Assembly (NCBI GenBank): GCA_963717505.1
Contig: OY970342.1
Location: forward strand, 1,856,001 to 1,920,000
Reading direction: 5' to 3'
Source of the DNA: Candidatus Eiseniibacteriota bacterium
GTDB taxonomy: Bacteria > Eisenbacteria > RBG-16-71-46
Length of the DNA: 64,000 bases
In this document: positions 30,561 through 38,179 of the stretch, piece by piece
Position numbering within the stretch: position 1 is the stretch's first letter
Layout: each line of letters opens with the position of its first letter
Made by a program: the position numbers and the translations under genes
Notes under the pieces: model-generated
The model's database searches: none
What the model saw: only the letters and a program-made list of their open reading frames with translations
Told to the model about the DNA's origin: nothing

Positions 30561-31122
30561 TGCCGTCCTTCCGGCGCAGCACCTCGCGGAACGGCCGCTC
30601 GGTCTTCTTGATCTTTTCCTGGAGCAACATCAGCGCCTGGATCACCGACTCGGGCCGCGGCGGGCAACCCTGGATGTAGGCGTCGACCGGCAGCAGCGTG
30701 TCGACGCCCTGGACCACGGAGTAGACGTCGTACATGCCGCCCGAGTTGGAGCAAGAGCCCATCGAGATGACCCAGCGCGGCTCCATCATCTGCTCGTAGA
30801 TCCGGACCAGCGCGGGCGCCACCTTCTTGAACACCGTGCCGGCGACGACCATCAGGTCGGCTTGCCGCGGCGATCCGCGCATGACCTCGGCGCCGAAGCG
30901 CGAGATGTCGTGGCGCGAGGTGATCGAGGTCGCCATCTCGACGAAGCAGCACGACAGACCGAAGAACATGGGCCACATCGAGTTCGCCCGACCCCAGTTG
31001 ACTAGGTCGTCGAGTTTGGCGAGGAGCAGCGAGTTCTCGAGCGCCTCGGGGATGGAGGAGGGTGCTTCGAGGGTGTTGGCGATGGTCGGTCGGACGTCCG
31101 TGGTCACTCGCACCTCGGGCAT
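30352..31122 (-). CDS. nuoB: NADH-quinone oxidoreductase subunit B (N-terminal domain of the probable nuoBCD fusion; frameshift near 30560)
   Basis: [33 protein letters not shown] and [10 protein letters not shown]. Confidence 0.9.
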   Translation of the reverse strand: MPEVRVTTDVRPTIANTLEAPSSIPEALENSLLLAKLDDLVNWGRANSMWPMFFGLSCCFVEMATSITSRHDISRFGAEVMRGSPRQADLMVVAGTVFKKVAPALVRIYEQMMEPRWVISMGSCSNSGGMYDVYSVVQGVDTLLPVDAYIQGCPPRPESVIQALMLLQEKIKKTERPFREVLRRKDGNLGHHQAATHRRRHHHRRSAWPGARRHAAARHHRPTRRRAAGGVHADLDAAFACVAADRRTRNRRGRPA

Positions 31123-31239
31123 GGAGGCTGGCGTGCGATGGCTTGGATTCGATGGGTCAGGCTGTAGATATAGCTGAGGCGCGGGAAGTTAGCACATGCG
31201 GGTGGATGGGGGAGAAGCGGCGTCCGACCGAGATAGTCG

Positions 31240-31410
31240 TTGACCGGATCATGCCCCGGGCCTAGCCTTTTCTCACCTCCCTCCGCTTCGCGGAACGGAC
31301 GCCCCGCGCCGCGAAGCAGAATTTGGCTGGTCCGGATCCGGGATCGTTCGCCGCCGGTTGCTGCCCGGCTGCGGGACGAGCCGCCGCATGTGCCCCTTGC
31401 GCGGAGGTGA
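31240..31410 (+). promoter_or_regulatory. Promoter plus conserved structured 5' leader, copy 1
   Basis: TTGACC-N17-TAGCCT, then TCACCTCC; core CGGTTGCTGCCCG...CGAGCCG...GCCCCTTGC...GGAGGTG is shared with copies 2 and 3. Confidence 0.6.
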
Positions 31411-31413
31411 TCG

Positions 31414-34400
31414 ATGGCCAAGTCCCTGGCGATGCTCCTGCTCACAGGAGCGTCCACGTTGCTGCCGAGCCTGTTGCTGGCAGCCCCCGATTTCACGGAC
31501 GTCGATGCGCAGCCGGTGTTGATGAACGCCGGCATGGCGCGTGAGCTGCAGTCGCGGAGCACGTCCCTTGCCACCGCGGCGAACGTCATCGACACGGTCT
31601 ACGTCGGCTACACGCCTGGCCACACGAGCCACAACTGGTGGTCCGTTTGGTCCGGGGCCGACAAGTTCCACGACGGTGGCCCTTATCGAAAGCCACCGGC
31701 ACAGGGCGGCATGTGGGACTTCGAGGGACCGTACCCCAACGGCGATTCGCTGCAGGGCTGGACGCCGGTGCGCAATCAGATGAGCGGCACGGGTGGCATC
31801 ACGATCCCCGACTATCAGCGCCCGTGGCGGTGCGTGGACTATGGCAACGAGGCCAGTGCGGTCATCCCCGGAGTTGGGCGAACGGGTGGTGTGGTCGGCG
31901 TGTGGCACGTGGACGCGGGCGACCTCCAAGCGGTGCCCGCATCGGTCGACGACGCGGCCGACGGACTCAACGGCGCCGGCCCGGGGGTCGGTGGCGTCAA
32001 CTGGACTCCGCTCGCCGGCAGCGCGTCGGCGTGGATGGGCCTGAGGCGTCACGGCGACAACACGCACGTTGACGACGTGAGCCGTGGTGGCACGGGCAAC
32101 CCGTTCAACGAGGACGCGCTGGTGTTCAGCGCGCTCCTGGGCTCGGTCTCGCTCGGCGGCACCGACAAGCGCTTCCCCGGCTACGGCGACCAGATGGACC
32201 AGATGCTGTACCGCGACGTGGACGTGACCGGCACGGGAACCCTGACGGTCGCCTTCTCCTACCGGACGAGGCTCGCGACCGGCGTGATCACCGCCAACAT
32301 CACGCGCTCCGGCTGGTTCCAGTGGGATCCGCTGACCGTACTGACCGGCGGAACCAACCCGAACTTCATCGCCAGCACGGGCAACGAAACGCCGCCGGCA
32401 GATTCGTTCATGGTCTACGTCGGCGCGCCCGCCGAGAGCGTGGTCGTGCTGTCGGACAACGATCCGCACCCGATCTACGACAAGAAGCGTCGCTGGGCGG
32501 GAGAGGTGATCCGCGGCAACCAGGGCCTGTATACCCAGATCCTGAGCGTCGGGGGCACCGTGCCGCCGACCGCGTTCAGTGCCACGGTGAGCGCGGCCGA
32601 GCTGGACCGCATCACGGCATCGCCGACCGCCGGAGTCTCGAACCGGGTGCGCATCGTGTTCCGGGTCAAGACCAACCAGACCTTCAGCGACGAGAGCGTG
32701 AACCAAACCGGTTCGTCGTCCGAAGGCGTGGGGGCCGCGATCGTCGATGCCGTAACGATCTCCAAAGATGCCGGACCCGCATCGAGCGTCGGAGCTTTCG
32801 AGACGCCGGACGAGATCGACAACTCGAGCGACTACGGGCCCTACGGGAACGTGTCACACCCGAATCATCCGCAGAACGTGTGGAAGTCGACCGGCAAGCC
32901 GGTCAAGGTCTACACACACGTGCACCCGATGGCGGGGGACATCGGCCGCGGTTACATCCCGCTGGTCTACCAGGACATCTGCGGCCAGCCCGGCAACCCG
33001 GCCCGCATCTGCGACCTCGACGGCACCGTGGCCTCGGCGGGTGACCACGACAACTTCGAGTCGTCCGGTGGCGTGTTCGGCACGGCCGAGCAGGATCCCT
33101 TCGACGGCATGTACTCGCCCGCCATCAACCTGACCGGCCAGGGCTTCACGACCCGGTTGATCAATGGAGTCGTGACCTCGGTGAACAACATGGGTCTGTC
33201 GGCGGACGACGCCGACGCGACCGCGGACTACTACCTCGACTACGAGCTGTACGCCGGCCGGTTCAATATCTTCACCACCGGTTCCGCCTGGCGCGTCGGC
33301 TGTATCAGCTACCCGGGGGCCAACACTGCGACGGGCGCCGGCGAATACAAGCGCTGGGGCCAGGTCCGGTTCCCTGGGTTCATCAACTTCAACCCCGACA
33401 AGCAGTGCTTCCGAATCCTCGATGGCATCCGAACCTTTGGCATGATGCGAACCAGCAACGTCTCCGGGATCCCCGACTCGCTCCGGATCTTCGTCGGCAC
33501 GCGACAGGAGGCTTACCGTTTCGGCGTTCCGGTATCCGAGAACTTCGACGGTGGTTACTGGGACAACCTGAGCCTGGCGATCGTGGACGGGGTGGACGCG
33601 GACCCGGTGTCGGTCGACATCTGGCACTTGTACCAGGACACCTTCCCGAGGAACGAGAACGACGGACTGGTCGGCTTCACCGCCGCGTTCGACACGACGT
33701 CGGGACTCATGAAGAGCGGTCTCAACATCGCCCAGACCACCGGGAACCAGTTGCGATTCACGGTACCCGGCGACACGACGGTGGTGATCGCGGAGGGCGA
33801 CAACGTCCGCATCGACCTGGTGTTCCGCATCCTTCCGGGTCCGGGGAACCATACGAACCCGGGTGCGGCGCCGGCTGCCCAGCGCCTCAAGCGGCTGCCG
33901 ACCGCCCCCACGCCGATCACCGGGGGCGTCGTCGGCTCCGCGAACTTCTGGGAAAACTACATGGGCGACCGGGGCGCCAAGGGCGCAGGAACGCATCCGT
34001 CGCCGCGCTGGAGCCCCCAGGTCTGGCACTCGGCGCGCATGGACACTGCTGAAGTCAACATCTTCCAGCAGCAGAGCCGGATCAACGCACAGCCGGCCAA
34101 CGCCGGTCTATTCATGACCGCGTATCACGAAGACGAGATCACCACGGGCAACCGCCGCGCGCTGGCGATCGCCCGCAACCTCTGCTTCATCGCCGACACC
34201 GCGGCCGCGGTTTCGACGAACATGGTGATCTGCGGCTCGGGCGCGATGCCGGCGGGTGCTGTGTATCCGCCGGCGTGGGCGTTCGCGGCGGGCTCTGGAT
34301 TGGCGACTGCCGGTACTGGCGATCCTACGGCGTCCCCGGGCCAGGTTCAGAGCTGCCCGGGACCCGCCGGGGCCGGACTGTGTCGGACGATCGAAGGAAC

Positions 34401-35913
34401 CAAAATTCTGCCCGACGGTCTGTTCACGCCCGGAACGCACATCGCATACTTCTTCCGGCGCGAGGACCTGCCGCCGTCGTCGCCGAGCACGTTCCTGTGC
34501 CCGGATACCACCCAGGTGTCCCCGCAGCTCTCCGAAGGGTCAACCGACGGACACCGCTGGCAGGAGATGTCGGTGCTGCCCGACCGGTGGAAGGACAGTG
34601 ACTACGTTCATCCGGTGCTTGGCACCCCCGGCAACGGCGAAGCCTGCGTGTTGTTCGTCGACAACAACGATCGCCGCGGCAACGAAAGGGTGTGGATGGG
34701 CATGGCCGACACGCTCGGCATGAACGCAGCGGCGAAACGTGGCGCCAGTAATGGCTGGAGCGCGGCCGGGGGCGGCGCCGACGTCAACGACCCGGTCTAT
34801 TTCGTGCGCCGGCACGTCGGCCAGGCTGGGACGACCTTCGACAAATACGACATCAAAGCGTCGGAGTCCCTCGGTACCCACTCGGGCAGCCTCGGGAGCC
34901 GAATCGGGTTCTCGAACCCCGCGAACACGCAGATCGACGGCAAGCGTTCGTTCAACGGCCCGTCGCCGATCATGCTGACTACGTTCTACAAGTTGCTCGT
35001 GATCCTGACCGGCGACCTGAACTCGAGCATTTGGGGCCCGTTCAACAATAAGAGTGCGAACGACGCCGGGATCATGACCTCGTTCGCAACCAGTGGCGAT
35101 CCGTCGGACCCGAACCGCGGCTTCTACGTCGCCGGGAACGGCTGGAACGAAGCCGCGACCGGGCCGGCGTACACTTTCATCACCTCGATCCTGGGCACCG
35201 ACCTGATCAACGTGAGCTATCTGGCCAACTCGGGAAACACGGCCTTCCAGGCGGATGTTGTCCCCACAGCGGCATTGCCGTCCGCCACGGGCGACGTCTG
35301 GGCGGTCAACAACTCGTGCACGTTCACCCTTGACGTCCAGTGGCCGATCTTGGCTGAGGCGACCGAAGCCACGTTCTACGAGGATCCGTTCGAAAACGGC
35401 CCCCATCCGTCAGGCATCTTCAAGTCGCATACCGCGCTCAACCCGTGGATCGCTCTCTCGGACGGCTGGGACATCGAGGACTTCCTGCAACGCGACCAGC
35501 GGTTCCCGCGGCAGCCGTGCGGCTACTACTACAAGGCGTTCCAGGACGCGTTTTACTCCATCGCCGGGTGCAATATTGTCGGCCAGCCCTTTCAGTGTTT
35601 CATCGCAGTCGTGGAAGGAGAACGCCGGCTCGTGAACTTCATGCACCTGAGCAACAACCCGGTGCGTTCCGGCTACGCGACGTTCACGATCGGTCTGGCT
35701 CGAGGCGACCGAGTCAAGATCCAGTTGTTCGACGTGGCTGGGCGATTGGTTCGCACGCTGGCCGACCGCAACTTCATAGCCGGCGAGCACGCGCTCACCT
35801 GGGACGGAGTCGACAACTCCGGACGCCGCGCCGCGCGGGGCGTCTACTTCGCGAGAGTCGAGTACCAGAACCAGGGCTTCAAGGAGAACGGCAAGCTGGT
35901 GCTCTTGAAGTAG
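31414..35913 (+). CDS. Giant secreted protein, paralog 1 (1499 aa), with C-terminal FlgD-Ig/T9SS-like domain
   Basis: GGAGGTG RBS, signal peptide, colinear with the genes at 53881 and 58563; tail NNPVRSG...FDVAGRLVRTL...WDGVDNSG...GVYF...KLVLLK. Confidence 0.85.
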   Translation: MAKSLAMLLLTGASTLLPSLLLAAPDFTDVDAQPVLMNAGMARELQSRSTSLATAANVIDTVYVGYTPGHTSHNWWSVWSGADKFHDGGPYRKPPAQGGMWDFEGPYPNGDSLQGWTPVRNQMSGTGGITIPDYQRPWRCVDYGNEASAVIPGVGRTGGVVGVWHVDAGDLQAVPASVDDAADGLNGAGPGVGGVNWTPLAGSASAWMGLRRHGDNTHVDDVSRGGTGNPFNEDALVFSALLGSVSLGGTDKRFPGYGDQMDQMLYRDVDVTGTGTLTVAFSYRTRLATGVITANITRSGWFQWDPLTVLTGGTNPNFIASTGNETPPADSFMVYVGAPAESVVVLSDNDPHPIYDKKRRWAGEVIRGNQGLYTQILSVGGTVPPTAFSATVSAAELDRITASPTAGVSNRVRIVFRVKTNQTFSDESVNQTGSSSEGVGAAIVDAVTISKDAGPASSVGAFETPDEIDNSSDYGPYGNVSHPNHPQNVWKSTGKPVKVYTHVHPMAGDIGRGYIPLVYQDICGQPGNPARICDLDGTVASAGDHDNFESSGGVFGTAEQDPFDGMYSPAINLTGQGFTTRLINGVVTSVNNMGLSADDADATADYYLDYELYAGRFNIFTTGSAWRVGCISYPGANTATGAGEYKRWGQVRFPGFINFNPDKQCFRILDGIRTFGMMRTSNVSGIPDSLRIFVGTRQEAYRFGVPVSENFDGGYWDNLSLAIVDGVDADPVSVDIWHLYQDTFPRNENDGLVGFTAAFDTTSGLMKSGLNIAQTTGNQLRFTVPGDTTVVIAEGDNVRIDLVFRILPGPGNHTNPGAAPAAQRLKRLPTAPTPITGGVVGSANFWENYMGDRGAKGAGTHPSPRWSPQVWHSARMDTAEVNIFQQQSRINAQPANAGLFMTAYHEDEITTGNRRALAIARNLCFIADTAAAVSTNMVICGSGAMPAGAVYPPAWAFAAGSGLATAGTGDPTASPGQVQSCPGPAGAGLCRTIEGTKILPDGLFTPGTHIAYFFRREDLPPSSPSTFLCPDTTQVSPQLSEGSTDGHRWQEMSVLPDRWKDSDYVHPVLGTPGNGEACVLFVDNNDRRGNERVWMGMADTLGMNAAAKRGASNGWSAAGGGADVNDPVYFVRRHVGQAGTTFDKYDIKASESLGTHSGSLGSRIGFSNPANTQIDGKRSFNGPSPIMLTTFYKLLVILTGDLNSSIWGPFNNKSANDAGIMTSFATSGDPSDPNRGFYVAGNGWNEAATGPAYTFITSILGTDLINVSYLANSGNTAFQADVVPTAALPSATGDVWAVNNSCTFTLDVQWPILAEATEATFYEDPFENGPHPSGIFKSHTALNPWIALSDGWDIEDFLQRDQRFPRQPCGYYYKAFQDAFYSIAGCNIVGQPFQCFIAVVEGERRLVNFMHLSNNPVRSGYATFTIGLARGDRVKIQLFDVAGRLVRTLADRNFIAGEHALTWDGVDNSGRRAARGVYFARVEYQNQGFKENGKLVLLK

Positions 35914-35928
35914 CGGCGCCAGGCTCGA

Positions 35929-35966
35929 TGTCCGGTTGCGGGACCCGCGAGTCCCACAACCGGACA
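35929..35966. promoter_or_regulatory. Inverted repeat; candidate enhancer (bEBP binding site) or terminator hairpin
   Basis: TGTCCGGTTGCGGGAC-N6-GTCCCACAACCGGACA (15/16 match); each arm is itself a TGTCC...GGAC(A) pseudo-palindrome. Confidence 0.5.
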
Positions 35967-36041
35967 CTCCGGGCCCGTTCGCCGAAAGCGGCCCTGGCGC
36001 CAACTCGCTGCGCGGCAACGAGTGGGCCGGATTCCCCACTC

Positions 36042-36057
36042 CGGCACGATACTTCTA
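36042..36057 (+). promoter_or_regulatory. Possible sigma54 -24/-12 promoter (degenerate -12)
   Basis: CGGCACGATACTTCTA versus consensus TGGCACGNNNNTTGCW; the -12 GC is CT here. Confidence 0.35.
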
Positions 36058-36070
36058 TATAGGGACGGGC

Positions 36071-37312
36071 ATGGATGTCCCTCGCAAACCCCGTCCCGAC
36101 CGCCGTCCGCTCTACTACGGCGGCGCCGTGCTCACCCTGATCGCGGTCACCGTCGGCTTCAGCCGGCTCAAGCCCGCGGCCCCCTCGGTCGAGCGCGCAA
36201 CGCTGTGGACCGATGTGGTCCAGCGCGGCCCGATGCTGCGCCAGGTGCGCGGCTCGGGGACCCTGGTTCCCGAGCAGATGCGCTGGATCCCGGCGGTGAC
36301 CGCCGGTCGGATCGAGCGCATCTTCGTTCGTCCCGGCACACGCGTGGAGTCGAGCACCGTGTTGCTCGAGCTGAGCAACCCGGACGTCCAGCTCGAAGCT
36401 CTCGACGCCGACCGCCAGCTCTCGCTCGCCGAGCAGGGGCTCGCGAGCCTCGAGTCCTCGCTGACCACCGGGGTCATCGCCCAGGAGGGTGCCGTGGCCA
36501 CCGCGCACAGCGAGCACAGTGAGGCCAAGCGCGCGGCCGCCGGCGCCGAGCGGCTGAACCAGGAAGGGCTGATCTCTTCCAACGAACTGGAGCGCGCCCG
36601 CGACCGCGTGACCGAAATGGCCACCCGGTACGAAGGCGAGACCAAGCGTCTCGAAGTGATGCGCAACAGTTCGCACACGCAGCTCGATCTCCAGCGCGCG
36701 CAGGTCGAGCGCCTGCGCGCGATCGCGCGCTTTCACCAGGGTCGCGTGGCTTCGATGAAGGTCCTCGCGGGTGCGGCCGGGATGTTGCAGGAGATGAATC
36801 TGGAAGAAGGGCAGTGGGTGAATCCCGGCCAGTTGCTCGGCAAGGTCGCGCAGCCCGAACGGCTGAAGGCGGTGTTGCGCGTACCCGAGACCCAGGCCAA
36901 GGACGTACAGATCGGCCAGTCGGTCGAGGTCGACACGCGCAACGGCAAGGTGAGCGGCGTCGTCTCACGCATCGATCCCTCGGTCCAGGAGGGGACGGTG
37001 TCGGTCGACGTCTCGCTCCAGGGCGAGTTACCGGCCGGCGCGCGGCCCGATCTGAGTATCGACGGAACGATCGAGATCGAGCGGCTGGGCAGCGTCCTCC
37101 ACGTCGGGCGTCCGGCCATGGGTTCGAGCGGAACCACAGTCGGACTCTTCCGGCTCGAGCCGGGCGGACGCGAAGCGGTGCGGGTCCCAGTGCGTCTCGG
37201 CCGCACGTCGGTCAACCACGTCGAGATCGTCGATGGTCTCGACGTCGGCCAGGAAGTGATTCTTTCCGACATGTCCCGCTGGGACAACGTCGATCGCGTT
37301 CGCATCCGATGA
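36071..37312 (+). CDS. Efflux periplasmic adaptor (HlyD/MacA family membrane fusion protein)
   Basis: N-terminal TM segment, VQRGPMLRQVRGSGTLVP, coiled-coil hairpin, GVVSRIDPSV and VEIVDGLDVGQEVI. Confidence 0.9.
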   Translation: MDVPRKPRPDRRPLYYGGAVLTLIAVTVGFSRLKPAAPSVERATLWTDVVQRGPMLRQVRGSGTLVPEQMRWIPAVTAGRIERIFVRPGTRVESSTVLLELSNPDVQLEALDADRQLSLAEQGLASLESSLTTGVIAQEGAVATAHSEHSEAKRAAAGAERLNQEGLISSNELERARDRVTEMATRYEGETKRLEVMRNSSHTQLDLQRAQVERLRAIARFHQGRVASMKVLAGAAGMLQEMNLEEGQWVNPGQLLGKVAQPERLKAVLRVPETQAKDVQIGQSVEVDTRNGKVSGVVSRIDPSVQEGTVSVDVSLQGELPAGARPDLSIDGTIEIERLGSVLHVGRPAMGSSGTTVGLFRLEPGGREAVRVPVRLGRTSVNHVEIVDGLDVGQEVILSDMSRWDNVDRVRIR

Positions 37313-37365
37313 TGCGGACTCACGAGAACCAGGCCGGTCCGACCGGCGGAGGAAAGGAGCAACGC

Positions 37366-38154
37366 ATGATCGAAGCACCGATGCTCACGTCGCGGACCGG
37401 CGGCAACGGCGGCAGCACCACGATGTCGCCGGCCAAAGGTGCGGCCCCGGTACGGTCGAACCACGGCGAAGTCCTGCTCAAGCTGGACAACGTCGCCAAG
37501 GTCTTCTACACCGACGAAGTCGAGACCCACGCCCTGTCCGAGGTTCATCTCGAGATTCGCAAGGGCGAGTACGTCTCGATCGCTGGTCCGTCCGGCTGCG
37601 GCAAGTCCACGCTGCTCTCGATCCTCGGCCTGCTCGACTCGCCGACCGACGGGCGCTATCAGCTCAAGGACCGGCCGGTCGAGAGCCTGAAGCTGTCGGA
37701 ACGCGCGCGCATCCGGAATCGGGAGATCGGATTCATCTTCCAGAGCTTCAACCTGATCGGCGACCTGTCGGTCTACGAGAACGTGGAGCTGCCGCTGACC
37801 TATCGCGGCATGGCCGCCGTCGAGCGCAAGCGCCGGGTGAACGACGCGCTCGAGCGCGTGGGCATGGCGCACCGCACCAAGCACCTGCCGAGCCAGCTCT
37901 CGGGCGGCCAGCAGCAGCGCGTCGCCGTGGCGCGGGCGCTGGTCGGCGACCCGGCGATCCTGCTCGCCGACGAGCCGACCGGGAATCTCGACTCGCGAAA
38001 CGGCGAAGCGGTGATGGACCTGTTGCGCGAGCTGCATCGCGCCGGCGCGACGTTGTGCATGGTGACGCACGATCCGCGGTTCTCGCGTCATGCCGATCGC
38101 ACCATCCAGTTGTTCGACGGACGCATCGTGGAGGATCGCGCCGAGGTTCGCTAG
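37366..38154 (+). CDS. ABC transporter ATP-binding protein (LolD/MacB type)
   Basis: [24 protein letters not shown] and [10 protein letters not shown]; AAAGGAG RBS before ATG 37366 (alternative start 37309). Confidence 0.93.
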   Translation: MIEAPMLTSRTGGNGGSTTMSPAKGAAPVRSNHGEVLLKLDNVAKVFYTDEVETHALSEVHLEIRKGEYVSIAGPSGCGKSTLLSILGLLDSPTDGRYQLKDRPVESLKLSERARIRNREIGFIFQSFNLIGDLSVYENVELPLTYRGMAAVERKRRVNDALERVGMAHRTKHLPSQLSGGQQQRVAVARALVGDPAILLADEPTGNLDSRNGEAVMDLLRELHRAGATLCMVTHDPRFSRHADRTIQLFDGRIVEDRAEVR

Positions 38155-38179
38155 GACCTGGGCGCACGGAGGGCCGAAC

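Noticed and set aside
26099-30570. Programmed frameshifting or phase variation as the explanation for the nuo frameshifts
   Set aside because: Too many shifts, with no slippery heptamers or long homopolymer tracts.
31104-31413. Possible nuoA in the gap upstream of nuoB
   Set aside because: The gap is too short and encodes no three-TM protein; ORF 31104-31595 overlaps paralog 1 and looks spurious.
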